A stretch of 64,000 nt of DNA, from NCBI RefSeq assembly GCF_048595155.1, contig NZ_JBMDXN010000005.1:21015-85014 (forward strand). Direction: 5' to 3'. This document shows, in pieces, positions 39,334 through 48,942 of this stretch. A program made the position numbers and the translations under genes. Positions within the stretch are counted from its first letter, which is position 1. Every line of letters starts with the position of its first letter. Origin of the DNA: Sphingomonas sp. (GTDB lineage Bacteria; Pseudomonadota; Alphaproteobacteria; Sphingomonadales; Sphingomonadaceae). The notes under the pieces were generated by a model. The model was not told the origin of the DNA, did no database searches, and saw only the letters and a program-made list of their open reading frames with translations.

Positions 39334-41313
39334 ATGTTCAAGAAAATCCTGATCGCCAATCGCGGCGAGATTGCGTGCCGCGTGATCCGCACGGCGCGCG
39401 CGATGGGGATCGAAACGGTGGCGGTCTATTCCGACGCCGATGCCCGCGCGCCGCATGTCGAAATGGCGGATCAGCGGGTCCGGCTGGGGCCGCCGCCGGC
39501 CGCGGAATCCTATTTGCTGGCCGAGGCGATCCTGCTGGCTTGCAAGGAGACCGGGGCGGAGGCGGTGCATCCGGGCTACGGCTTCCTGTCCGAGCGCGAG
39601 AGCTTCGCGCGGCTGCTGGCGGACAACGGCATTGCCTTCATCGGTCCGCCCCCCGCGGCCATTGCCGCGATGGGCGACAAGATCGAATCCAAGAAGCTGG
39701 CGCAGGCGGCCGGGGTATCGGTCGTCCCTGGGTTCATCGGCGAGATCCGCGACACCGATCATGCGGTCGAGATTGCCGGCGGCATCGGCTACCCGGTGAT
39801 GATGAAGGCGTCGGCCGGCGGCGGCGGCAAGGGCATGCGGCTTGCCTGGTCCGAACAGGATGTGCGCGAGGGGTTCGAGGCGACGAAGCGCGAGGGGCTG
39901 GCCAGCTTTGGTGACGATCGCATCTTCATCGAAAAGTTCGTCGAGAGCCCCCGCCATATCGAGATCCAGCTGCTGGGCGACCAGCATGGCAATATCGTCT
40001 ATCTGGGCGAGCGGGAATGTTCGGTGCAGCGCCGCCACCAGAAGGTGGTGGAGGAGGCGCCGTCGCCGTTCGTCACGCCCGAAATGCGCAAGGCGATGGG
40101 CGAGCAGGCGGTCGAACTGGCGCGCGCGGTGGGCTATTATTCGGCCGGTACGGTCGAGTTCATCGCGGGCGCGGACCGCAGCTTCTACTTCCTGGAGATG
40201 AATACCCGGCTGCAGGTGGAGCATCCGGTGACGGAATTCGTGACCGGGCTCGACCTGGTCGAGCAGATGATCCGGGTTGCCAATGGCGAGCGGCTGGCCT
40301 TCGGCCAGGATGATGTGCGCCTGTCCGGCTGGGCGATCGAGAACCGCGGCTATGCCGAGGATCCCTATCGTGGGTTTCTGCCGTCGACGGGGCGGCTCGT
40401 GCGCTATCGGCCGCCTACGGCCACGTCCGAGACGTCCAAGGTCCGCGTCGACGATGGCGTGGTCGAGGGTTCGGAAATCTCGATATTCTACGATCCGATG
40501 ATCGCCAAGCTTGTCACTTATGGCGAGACGCGCGAACAGGCGATCGACGCGCAGATTGCGGCGCTGGATCGGTTCGAGATCGATGGCATCGGCCACAATG
40601 TGGATTTTCTGTCCGCGTTGATGCAGCATCCGCGCTTTCGCGAGGGACGGCTCACCACCGGCTTCATTGCGGAAGAATATCCCGACGGCTTTCAGGGCGC
40701 CCCGGTTGCGGCGGCGCTTACCGCGAGGCTTGCTGCCATTGCAGGCGTGGTCGCCTGTGCCGATGCATCGCGCGCGGCGTCGATCGACGGGCGCCTGAAC
40801 GGGCGGGTCGAGCCGATCTGCGAGTGGATCGTGACGATGGACGGCGCCGAGCATCACGTTGCGGTGGAGGACGGCACCGTGCTGGTCGATGGCGAGACGT
40901 TGGTGGTGGACGCCCCCTATGTGCCCGGCCAGCGATTGATTGAGGCCGAGATCGACGGCGAACGATTGTCGGTGCGGCTGACGCGAACTGCAGCCGGCTT
41001 CCGGCTGACGACGCGCGGACATGCCCATGAGCTGCGGGTGCTGCCGCCCCACGTCGCCGCGCTTGCCGTCCATATGATCGAAAAGGTGCCGCCCGATCTA
41101 TCGCGCTTCCTGCTCTGCCCTATGCCGGGCCTGCTGACCGCACTGCACGTGAAGGTAGGCGACAAGGTGGAGGCCGGCCAGCCGCTGGCGGTGGTCGAGG
41201 CGATGAAGATGGAGAATATTCTGCGGGCGGAGAAGGCCGGCGTCGTCGCCAAGATCGACGCCGTTCCGGGCGAAAGCCTGGCGGTCGACGCGGCGATCCT
41301 GGAGTTCGAGTAG
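39334..41313 (+). CDS. pccA: propionyl-CoA carboxylase alpha subunit (biotin carboxylase + BCCP)
   Basis: Start at ATG 39334 (GGAG 5 nt upstream): MFKKILIANRGEIACR; ATP-grasp; biotinyl-Lys motif VEAMKME near the C-terminus. Confidence 0.92.
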   Translation: MFKKILIANRGEIACRVIRTARAMGIETVAVYSDADARAPHVEMADQRVRLGPPPAAESYLLAEAILLACKETGAEAVHPGYGFLSERESFARLLADNGIAFIGPPPAAIAAMGDKIESKKLAQAAGVSVVPGFIGEIRDTDHAVEIAGGIGYPVMMKASAGGGGKGMRLAWSEQDVREGFEATKREGLASFGDDRIFIEKFVESPRHIEIQLLGDQHGNIVYLGERECSVQRRHQKVVEEAPSPFVTPEMRKAMGEQAVELARAVGYYSAGTVEFIAGADRSFYFLEMNTRLQVEHPVTEFVTGLDLVEQMIRVANGERLAFGQDDVRLSGWAIENRGYAEDPYRGFLPSTGRLVRYRPPTATSETSKVRVDDGVVEGSEISIFYDPMIAKLVTYGETREQAIDAQIAALDRFEIDGIGHNVDFLSALMQHPRFREGRLTTGFIAEEYPDGFQGAPVAAALTARLAAIAGVVACADASRAASIDGRLNGRVEPICEWIVTMDGAEHHVAVEDGTVLVDGETLVVDAPYVPGQRLIEAEIDGERLSVRLTRTAAGFRLTTRGHAHELRVLPPHVAALAVHMIEKVPPDLSRFLLCPMPGLLTALHVKVGDKVEAGQPLAVVEAMKMENILRAEKAGVVAKIDAVPGESLAVDAAILEFE

Positions 41314-41371
41314 CTTTCAATCCGCAAATGCGGCAGAGCCGTTTCAAAATCAGACACAAAGTTGAGGATGT

Positions 41372-42529
41372 ATGACGGCGCAACCCTTGGACTTCGCGCT
41401 TGGCGAGATGGCCGACGCGATTCGCGAGACGACGCAGCGCTTTGCCACCGACAGGATCGCGCCGCTGGCGCCTCGGGTCGATGCCGATGATTGGTTCCCG
41501 CTCGAGCTCTGGCCGCAGATGGGCGCGCTCGGCTTGCATGGCATTACGGTGCCGGAGGCGGATGGCGGCCTCGGGCTCGGCTACCTTGAACATGTTGTGG
41601 CTTGCGAGGAGGTCAGCCGCGCGTCCGCCTCGGTCGGCTTGTCCTACGGCGCGCACTCCAACCTCTGCGTCAACCAGATCGCGCGCTGGGGTAATGCCGA
41701 ACAGAAGGCGCGCTATCTGCCGAAGCTGATTTCGGGCGACAATGTCGGCAGCCTCGCAATGTCTGAGGCCAGCGCGGGCTCCGACGTCGTTTCGATGAAG
41801 CTGCGGGCGGACAAGGTTGACGGGGGGTACCGGCTCAACGGCACCAAATTCTGGATCACCAACGCCGCCTACGCCGACACGCTGGTAGTCTATGCCAAGA
41901 CCACGCCGGATGCCGGGTCAAAGGGCATCACTGCTTTCCTGATCGAGAAGGACATGGCCGGCTTCGCGATCGGCCAGAAGATTGACAAGATGGGCATGCG
42001 CGGCTCACCGACCGCAGAGCTGGTGTTCAGCGACTGCTTCGTGCCGGACGAGAATGTGATGGGTCCGATCGACGGCGGCGTGAAGGTGCTGATGTCGGGC
42101 CTCGATTACGAGCGCGTGGTGCTCTCCGGCATTCAGCTTGGCATCATGCAGGCCTGCCTGGATGTGGTGGTTCCTTATCTTCAGGAGCGCAAGCAGTTCG
42201 GCAAACCGATCGGTGCCTTCCAGCTGATGCAGGCCAAGATCGCCGATATGGTCGTGGCGCTGAACTCGGCCCGGGCCTATTCCTATGCGGTCGCACGCGC
42301 CTGCGACGCCGGCAAAACGACGCGGCACGATGCTGCGGGTGCGATCCTCTATGCGAGCGAGAATGCGGTAAAGGTCGCGAACGAGGCTGTGCAGGCGCTG
42401 GGCGGCGCCGGCTACACCAAGGACTGGCCGGTCGAACGCTATCTGCGCGACGCCAAGCTGCTCGACATCGGTGCCGGCACCAACGAGGTGCGGCGGATGC
42501 TGATCGGCCGGGAAGTGCTCGGCGTATGA
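41372..42529 (+). CDS. ivd: isovaleryl-CoA dehydrogenase
   Basis: 385-aa acyl-CoA dehydrogenase; sequence and position beside the methylcrotonyl-CoA carboxylase genes. Confidence 0.88.
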   Translation: MTAQPLDFALGEMADAIRETTQRFATDRIAPLAPRVDADDWFPLELWPQMGALGLHGITVPEADGGLGLGYLEHVVACEEVSRASASVGLSYGAHSNLCVNQIARWGNAEQKARYLPKLISGDNVGSLAMSEASAGSDVVSMKLRADKVDGGYRLNGTKFWITNAAYADTLVVYAKTTPDAGSKGITAFLIEKDMAGFAIGQKIDKMGMRGSPTAELVFSDCFVPDENVMGPIDGGVKVLMSGLDYERVVLSGIQLGIMQACLDVVVPYLQERKQFGKPIGAFQLMQAKIADMVVALNSARAYSYAVARACDAGKTTRHDAAGAILYASENAVKVANEAVQALGGAGYTKDWPVERYLRDAKLLDIGAGTNEVRRMLIGREVLGV

Positions 42530-42572
42530 GGCGCCGTTCCTCCGCACGTCAAAGCCTGCATCCGGTGCGGCC

Positions 42573-44171
42573 ATGACGCGGCTAACCTCGCTGGTGGATA
42601 CCAACTCGGATAGTTTCCGCGCCAACGCGGCGCACAATCGTGCGCTGGTCGACGCGCTGCGGACCAAGGTTGCGCAAGCGGCATTAGGAGGATCGGAGGC
42701 ATCGCGCGAACGGCATGTCGCGCGGGGCAAGTTGCTACCGCGCGACCGCGTGACGCGACTGCTCGACCCAGCGTCGCCATTCCTGGAAATCGGGCAGCTG
42801 GCCGCGAACGGCCTCTATGGCGATGAAGTGCCCGGCGCGGGCCTGATCGCTGGCATCGGCCGGGTGGCCGGCCGCGAGGTGATGATCGTTGCGAATGACA
42901 GCACGGTCAAAGGCGGCACTTACTATCCGCTGACGGTGAAGAAGCATCTGCGCGCGCAGGAGATCGCGCAGGAGAACAGGCTGCCCTGCGTCTATCTGGT
43001 CGATAGCGGCGGCGCCAATCTGCCACACCAGGCGGAAGTATTCCCCGACCGCGATCATTTCGGCCGCATCTTCTTCAACCAGGCCAACATGTCGGCGCTC
43101 GGCATCCCGCAGATCGCGAGCGTCATGGGCAGCTGCACCGCCGGCGGCGCCTATGTTCCCGCCATGTCCGACGAAAGCGTGATCGTGCGCGGGCAGGGGA
43201 CGATCTTTCTGGCCGGGCCGCCGTTGGTGAAGGCTGCCACCGGCGAGGTGATCTCCGCCGAGGAACTGGGCGGCGCCGAAACGCACGGGCGGAAGTCTGG
43301 CGTGGTCGACCATATCGCCGAGAATGACGATCACGCGCTGACCATCGTCCGTGATATCGTTGCCACGCTGGCCCGCCCGAAAACGGCGGATGTCGATCTG
43401 GAGGAGCCACGTCCGCCGCGGCTGGACGCGCAAGACCTATACGGTATCGTCCCGACCGATGTCCGGGCGCCCTATGACGTCCATGAGGTGATTGCGCGCA
43501 TCGTCGACGGATCCGAACTGCACGAGTTCAAGGCCAATTACGGCACGACTTTGGTCTGCGGCTTTGCGCGCATCTGGGGCATGCCGGTGGCGATCCTCGC
43601 CAATAACGGCGTGCTGTTCAGCGAGAGTGCGCAGAAAGGCGCCCATTTCATCGAGCTTGCCTGCCAGCGTCGCGTCCCGCTGTTGTTCCTGCAGAATATC
43701 TCCGGCTTCATGGTGGGCGGGAAGTATGAGGCGGAAGGCATTGCGAAACATGGCGCAAAGCTGGTGACAGCAGTCGCGACGGCGTCCGTGCCCAAGATTA
43801 CCGTCCTGATCGGGGGGAGCTTCGGCGCCGGCAATTACGGTATGTGCGGCCGCGCCTATCAACCGCGCTTCCTGTTCACCTGGCCGAATGCGCGGATCAG
43901 CGTGATGGGCGGGGAACAGGCGGCGTCCGTACTCGCCACAGTGCATCGCGATGCGGACAAGTGGACGCCGGACGAGGCCGAGGCGTTCAAGGCACCGATC
44001 CGCCAGACCTATGAGGATGAGGGCAACCCCTATTATGCGACCGCACGTTTGTGGGACGACGGCATCATCGATCCCGTGCAGACGCGGGATGTGCTGGGGC
44101 TGGCGCTGGCCGCAACGACGAACGCACCCATTCCGGAGCGCGCCCAGTTCGGCATCTTCAGGATGTACTAA
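42573..44171 (+). CDS. mccB: methylcrotonyl-CoA carboxylase beta subunit (carboxyltransferase)
   Basis: 532 aa; carboxyltransferase with the MccB-type N-terminus ([19 protein letters not shown]). Confidence 0.9.
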   Translation: MTRLTSLVDTNSDSFRANAAHNRALVDALRTKVAQAALGGSEASRERHVARGKLLPRDRVTRLLDPASPFLEIGQLAANGLYGDEVPGAGLIAGIGRVAGREVMIVANDSTVKGGTYYPLTVKKHLRAQEIAQENRLPCVYLVDSGGANLPHQAEVFPDRDHFGRIFFNQANMSALGIPQIASVMGSCTAGGAYVPAMSDESVIVRGQGTIFLAGPPLVKAATGEVISAEELGGAETHGRKSGVVDHIAENDDHALTIVRDIVATLARPKTADVDLEEPRPPRLDAQDLYGIVPTDVRAPYDVHEVIARIVDGSELHEFKANYGTTLVCGFARIWGMPVAILANNGVLFSESAQKGAHFIELACQRRVPLLFLQNISGFMVGGKYEAEGIAKHGAKLVTAVATASVPKITVLIGGSFGAGNYGMCGRAYQPRFLFTWPNARISVMGGEQAASVLATVHRDADKWTPDEAEAFKAPIRQTYEDEGNPYYATARLWDDGIIDPVQTRDVLGLALAATTNAPIPERAQFGIFRMY

Positions 44172-44515
44172 TGAAAGACCGACTCTACCTGCTCGACAAT
44201 ATGTTCCCGGATGCTGACCTGCCGGGTAGGACCTTCTATTGCCGGGATTGCATCACCGTGTACGGTTTGCTCGCCGCATTCCCGGAGCGGTGCGAAAAGC
44301 TCGAGGTCATTCGTAGCCCGTATCCGCGACCGCGCGCCAGCGTGGTCCAGCAGCTAGGGGAGGCGCATCAATGGCTTCCGGTGCTGGTATTCGCATCGGA
44401 TGCGCCGCGCGAACTCGCCGATGGCGAACATGAGGGTGTGCGGTTCGTCACCGATATGAAGCGGCTGCTCCATGCGCTTCACGTGCGTCACGGCTTTCCC
44501 GAAGCGCACCCCTGA
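44171..44515 (+). CDS. small DUF3088-like protein with a CxxC motif
   Basis: 114 aa from ATG 44171 (TAATG overlap with mccB): [37 protein letters not shown]; family assignment from memory. Confidence 0.55.
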   Translation: MKDRLYLLDNMFPDADLPGRTFYCRDCITVYGLLAAFPERCEKLEVIRSPYPRPRASVVQQLGEAHQWLPVLVFASDAPRELADGEHEGVRFVTDMKRLLHALHVRHGFPEAHP

Positions 44516-44537
44516 GCCGAGCTTGAAGGATTGATCG

Positions 44538-45017
44538 ATGCTGTTGGGCCTGCTGATCCTCGCCGCCGCAACCAACAATAAGCTTCCGCGCTGGGAAGCC
44601 ATGCCGCCACCCGCCGGAGCGGAAGCCGCGGTGATGGCCCCGATCAACGCGCTATTAGCGGGATTGGAAAAGCGGGATGGTGCCGCGATCCTCGCCCAGG
44701 TGATGCCTGCCGGCGGCGCGACCTCTGCCACGGAGATGCCGGATGGGACGCGCACTATTCGCCATATGAGTTGGCAGGAATTTGCCGGCGGCATTTCCGG
44801 ACGGTCGGAGGAAATTCGGGAAACGCTCAACGATCCGGCCGTAGAGGTCGATGGCGACATTGCGATGGTCTGGTCGCGCTATACCTTCACCCTCGGCGGC
44901 AAGGTTCATCACTGCGGAGTCGATCATTTCGACCTGGTGCGGGATGGCGGCGCCTGGAAGATACTCAACATCACCTGGTCCTCGCGCACAACCGGCTGTG
45001 AGAACGGCACGGAATGA
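44538..45017 (+). CDS. NTF2-like (SnoaL/DUF4440-type) protein with a signal peptide
   Basis: 159 aa; GAAGGA 7 nt upstream; hydrophobic N-terminus; C-terminal GDIAMVWSRYTFTLGGKVHHCGVDHFDLVRDGGAWKI pattern. Confidence 0.6.
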   Translation: MLLGLLILAAATNNKLPRWEAMPPPAGAEAAVMAPINALLAGLEKRDGAAILAQVMPAGGATSATEMPDGTRTIRHMSWQEFAGGISGRSEEIRETLNDPAVEVDGDIAMVWSRYTFTLGGKVHHCGVDHFDLVRDGGAWKILNITWSSRTTGCENGTE

Positions 45018-45733
45018 CGACTGACCTGATCTCGATCGGCGCTATCCTGCTGATGCTGCTGGTCGTGGGTGGCATAATGGGCGCGCTTCAGCGCGGTGGA
45101 TTCTCCTTTGGCTGGCTGCTCGTGGCGGCCGGCCTGGTGCTATTGAACGATGCGCTGCTCACCAATTTCTACCATCACGGGCCGCGCCTGCTGCCTACTT
45201 CGAGCTGGAACTGGCAGGGCAAATTGTTCGCCTTGCTCGCCACCCTCGTCATCGCGGCGTTGCCCCGCTTCGGCTGGAGGAAATGCGGGCTGACGTTTCG
45301 CCAAAACCCCAAAGGACGAAGATCCGCGATCATCGTGGCTCTGCTGGTCTGTGCGGTCTTCATTTACTTCGCAATCAAGGCGCCGAACGGCCCGATTGAC
45401 CGGGAAGCTCTGGCATTTCAGTTGACCATGCCGGGCCTGGAAGAAGAGCCGTTCTACCGCGGCATACTCTTGCTCGCGCTGAACGAAGCTTTCCGGGCGC
45501 GTGCGAACGTCCTGGGCGTCCAATTGGGGTGGGGCGGGATCCTGTCTTGCGCCTTGTTCGGATTGGCGCACGCCTTTGGCTACTCGCATGGTGCGTTCCA
45601 TTTCGAGCCTATGGCGATGGCGTTGACTGCGGGGCCAGCGCTGATCCTGGTGTGGCTGCGCGAACGTACAGGAAGCGTTCTCCTCCCCATATTGCTGCAC
45701 AATTTCGGCAATTCCATTTCCATCCTGATCTAG
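45014..45733 (+). CDS. CPBP-family (CAAX/Abi) intramembrane metalloprotease
   Basis: 239 aa polytopic; motifs EEEPFYRG, FGLAHAF, HNFGN; ATGA overlap with the upstream ORF. Confidence 0.8.
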   Translation: MTTDLISIGAILLMLLVVGGIMGALQRGGFSFGWLLVAAGLVLLNDALLTNFYHHGPRLLPTSSWNWQGKLFALLATLVIAALPRFGWRKCGLTFRQNPKGRRSAIIVALLVCAVFIYFAIKAPNGPIDREALAFQLTMPGLEEEPFYRGILLLALNEAFRARANVLGVQLGWGGILSCALFGLAHAFGYSHGAFHFEPMAMALTAGPALILVWLRERTGSVLLPILLHNFGNSISILI

Positions 45734-45740
45734 GCGGCCG

Positions 45741-47657
45741 ATGATCCAATCCCTTCTTATCGCCAACCGCGGTGAAATCGCCCGGCGGATCATGCGGACG
45801 GCGCGCGCCTTGGGGGTTCGCACGATCGCCGTATATTCGGAGGTCGATGCGGCCATGCCGTTCGTGCGGGAGGCGGATGATGCGGTCTGCATCGGACCCG
45901 CGCCTGCACGGGAAAGCTACCTGGACCAGGCCAAGATCCTGGCGGCGGCGCGGCAAACCGGGGCGGAGGCGATCCACCCCGGCTATGGCTTCCTGTCGGA
46001 AAATGCGGACTTCGCAGAAGCCGTCATCGCGGCCGGACTGGTGTGGGTCGGCGCGCCACCCGCGGCGATCCGCGCTATGGGGCTGAAGGATGCTGCCAAG
46101 GCTCTGATGAGTGAAGCCGATGTGCCGGTAACGCCTGGCTATCTGGGCGAAGATCAGTCGACAGAGCGTTTGCACGCTGAGGCGGACGCGATCGGGTATC
46201 CTGTCTTGATCAAGGCCGTCGCCGGCGGCGGCGGGAAGGGAATGCGCCGCGTGGAAAGGTCCGGCGACTTTTCCGATGCGCTCGCCTCGTGTCGGCGTGA
46301 GGCCGCGTCCTCCTTCGGCGACGATCGCGTGCTGCTGGAAAAGTATATCCTCAATCCGCGGCATATCGAGGTGCAGGTGTTCGGCGATATGCACGGCAAT
46401 GTCGTGCATCTGTTCGAGCGCGACTGCTCGCTGCAGCGCCGCCACCAGAAAGTGATCGAGGAAGCGCCCGCGCCGGGCATGGATGGGGCGACACGGGAGG
46501 CGATCTGCGCCGCCGCGGTAAAGGCGGCCAAGGCGGTCGATTATGTCGGCGCAGGCACGATCGAGTTCATCGCCGACGCCTCCGAAGGGCTGCGCGCCGA
46601 CCGCATCTGGTTCATGGAGATGAACACCCGGCTACAGGTCGAGCATCCCGTCACCGAGGAGATTACGGGGCAGGACCTGGTCGAGTGGCAGCTTCGCGTC
46701 GCCAGCGGCGAGCCTTTGCCGAAGCGGCAGGAGGAACTCTCGATTAACGGCTGGGCGATGGAAGCGCGGCTCTATGCCGAAGATCCGGCGCGCAACTTCA
46801 TGCCATCGATCGGCCCTATCGATCATCTCGTGCTACCTGCTGACATACGGTGCGACAGCGGCGTTGAGGAGGGCGGCGAAGTGTCTTCCTTCTATGATCC
46901 CATGATCGCCAAGCTGATCGCGCACGGCCCAGCTCGCGACGACGCCATTGCGGATCTGGCGGCGGCCTGCGCCGACGTTCAATGCGAGCCGGTGAAGACC
47001 AACGCCTGGTTTCTGGTACGCATCTTGGAGAGCCCGCCTTTTCAGGCAGGGAAAATGACGACCAATACCATCGCCGAACTTGGGGACGCGCTGGTTGCCG
47101 CGCCTGAGCCAAGTGAGGATTTGCTTCAGGTCGCCGCAAGCGCAGCCGTCTTCGACAGCGGCGTCGCTCCAGCCAGACTGGGCGAGCCTGCCTTTGCGCG
47201 TTTCGCCGGCCTCCTGGGATTTCGGCTCAACCGGCCGCCGGATCAACGCGTCCGGCTGGACGTCGACGGCAGCTTCCGTGAGGTCACCTTCGATCTGCTT
47301 GCGGAAGATGATACGCGTCTCCAGCATTTCGGCGCGACGCGAAGCGACACATCAACGATCCTGTTCGAGGACGGCGCTGCCTATGTGACGTCAGCCTATG
47401 TTCCGCGCGCGTGTCGCGATGGTGCGATAGGGTCCGGCGCGGTCAGCGCCCCCATGCCCGGCCGGATCGTTTCCGTAGAGGTGCACCAGGGTATGAAGGT
47501 CGAAGCCGGACAACGTCTGGTGGTGCTGGAGGCGATGAAGATGGAACAGGCCCTGATCGCACCTTTCGCAGGCACGGTCGGCGAACTTTCCGCCCGAGCG
47601 GGCGCGCAGGTAAGCGAGGGCACCGTGCTGGTGCGCATCGAGCGCGAGGACGCGTAA
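45741..47657 (+). CDS. mccA: methylcrotonyl-CoA carboxylase alpha subunit (biotin carboxylase + BCCP)
   Basis: 638 aa; MIQSLLIANRGEIARR, ATP-grasp, LEAMKME biotinylation motif. Confidence 0.9.
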   Translation: MIQSLLIANRGEIARRIMRTARALGVRTIAVYSEVDAAMPFVREADDAVCIGPAPARESYLDQAKILAAARQTGAEAIHPGYGFLSENADFAEAVIAAGLVWVGAPPAAIRAMGLKDAAKALMSEADVPVTPGYLGEDQSTERLHAEADAIGYPVLIKAVAGGGGKGMRRVERSGDFSDALASCRREAASSFGDDRVLLEKYILNPRHIEVQVFGDMHGNVVHLFERDCSLQRRHQKVIEEAPAPGMDGATREAICAAAVKAAKAVDYVGAGTIEFIADASEGLRADRIWFMEMNTRLQVEHPVTEEITGQDLVEWQLRVASGEPLPKRQEELSINGWAMEARLYAEDPARNFMPSIGPIDHLVLPADIRCDSGVEEGGEVSSFYDPMIAKLIAHGPARDDAIADLAAACADVQCEPVKTNAWFLVRILESPPFQAGKMTTNTIAELGDALVAAPEPSEDLLQVAASAAVFDSGVAPARLGEPAFARFAGLLGFRLNRPPDQRVRLDVDGSFREVTFDLLAEDDTRLQHFGATRSDTSTILFEDGAAYVTSAYVPRACRDGAIGSGAVSAPMPGRIVSVEVHQGMKVEAGQRLVVLEAMKMEQALIAPFAGTVGELSARAGAQVSEGTVLVRIEREDA

Positions 47658-48109
47658 TGGCAGGGCGCTATTTCGACGAGTGGCAGATCGGCGACAGGAT
47701 CGAGCATCCGATCCGTCGGACGGTAACCGAAACAGACAACCTCCTTTTTTCGACAATGACGCACAATCCGCAGCCGCTGCACATTGATGCCGAGGCAGCG
47801 AAGGCGAGCGAGTTCGGCCAGATCCTGGTCAACGGCACCTTTACGTTCGCGCTGATGGTCGGGCTGTCGGTCGGCGAGACGACGCTGGGCACGCTGCTGG
47901 CCAATCTGGGCTACGACAAGCTCGTAATGCCCAAGCCGGTGTTCTTGGGCGACACGATCCGCGTCGCGACCGACGTGGTCGCGCTCAAGCCGAGCAAGTC
48001 GCGCCCGGGCGCCGGCATCGTCACGTTCGAACATCGCGCGCTTAACCAGCGGGACGAGATCGTCTGCTCCTGCCTGCGCATGGCGTTGATCCAGGGAAAG
48101 CCCGCCTGA
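47657..48109 (+). CDS. MaoC-like (hot-dog fold) enoyl-CoA hydratase
   Basis: 150 aa from ATG 47657 (TAATG overlap with mccA); hydratase-2-like THNPQPLHID segment. Confidence 0.8.
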   Translation: MAGRYFDEWQIGDRIEHPIRRTVTETDNLLFSTMTHNPQPLHIDAEAAKASEFGQILVNGTFTFALMVGLSVGETTLGTLLANLGYDKLVMPKPVFLGDTIRVATDVVALKPSKSRPGAGIVTFEHRALNQRDEIVCSCLRMALIQGKPA

Positions 48110-48942
48110 TGCGGCTGCGCTCGCTCCTGTTCGTGCCGGGCGATCGGCCAGACCGCATGGAGAAGGCGCTGGCGTCAGGCGCGGACGCGCTGATCCTCGA
48201 TCTGGAGGATTCGGTCGCACTGGGGCGCAAGGCTGCGGCGCGCGCGGCAGTCCGATCCTTTCTGTCGAGCAACCGCCCGCTTTCAGTTTTGGTGCGGGTG
48301 AACCCCTTGAGCAGTCCTTTCATCGATGCCGACCTGGAGGCGCTGCAGGGTGTGCGGGCCGACGGGATCATGCTGCCCAAGGCGGAAGGCGCCGCAAGCA
48401 TCGGGGCGATCGCACACCGCACAGACCTTCCCATTCTGCCAATCGCGACCGAAACGCCAGCGGCCCTTTTCCAGCTGGGTAGCTATGGCGAGGTTGCCGA
48501 TCGGCTGATCGGTTTGACCTGGGGCGCGGAGGATCTGCCCGCCGCGATCGGCGCGACCGCGGCGCGGGAGCCGGACGGGCGTTATACCGCGCCGCTGGAG
48601 ACGGTGCGCTCGCTTGCTCTGTTCGCTGCGCATGCCGCGCATGTCGCCGCGATCGAGACAGTCTATCCGGCGTTTCGGGATTTGGAGGGTTTGTCGGCCT
48701 ATGCCGCCCGCGGCGCACGGGACGGTTTTAGCGGTATGATGGCGATCCATCCCGATCAGGTCGCCCCGATCAATGCCGCTTTCACTCCAAGCGAGGCGGA
48801 GGTTACGGCAGCGCTCGCGATCGTCGCGGCATTTACGGCGCAACCCGACGCGGGGGTACTAGCGGTGGACGGGAAGATGGTCGATGCCCCGCATCTGGCC
48901 CAGGCACGCCGGCTGCTCGGCCGGGCAGGGGAGGATGCATGA
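48109..48942 (+). CDS. CitE-like / HpcH-HpaI family acyl-CoA lyase
   Basis: 277 aa; MRLRSLLFVPGDRPDRMEKALASGADALILDLEDSV typical of citrate-lyase-beta-like enzymes; TGATG overlap upstream. Confidence 0.82.
   Translation: MRLRSLLFVPGDRPDRMEKALASGADALILDLEDSVALGRKAAARAAVRSFLSSNRPLSVLVRVNPLSSPFIDADLEALQGVRADGIMLPKAEGAASIGAIAHRTDLPILPIATETPAALFQLGSYGEVADRLIGLTWGAEDLPAAIGATAAREPDGRYTAPLETVRSLALFAAHAAHVAAIETVYPAFRDLEGLSAYAARGARDGFSGMMAIHPDQVAPINAAFTPSEAEVTAALAIVAAFTAQPDAGVLAVDGKMVDAPHLAQARRLLGRAGEDA

Noticed and set aside
39307-41073. 588-aa minus-strand ORF opposite pccA
   Set aside because: It is an antisense shadow ORF of a biotin carboxylase gene with clear motifs on the plus strand.
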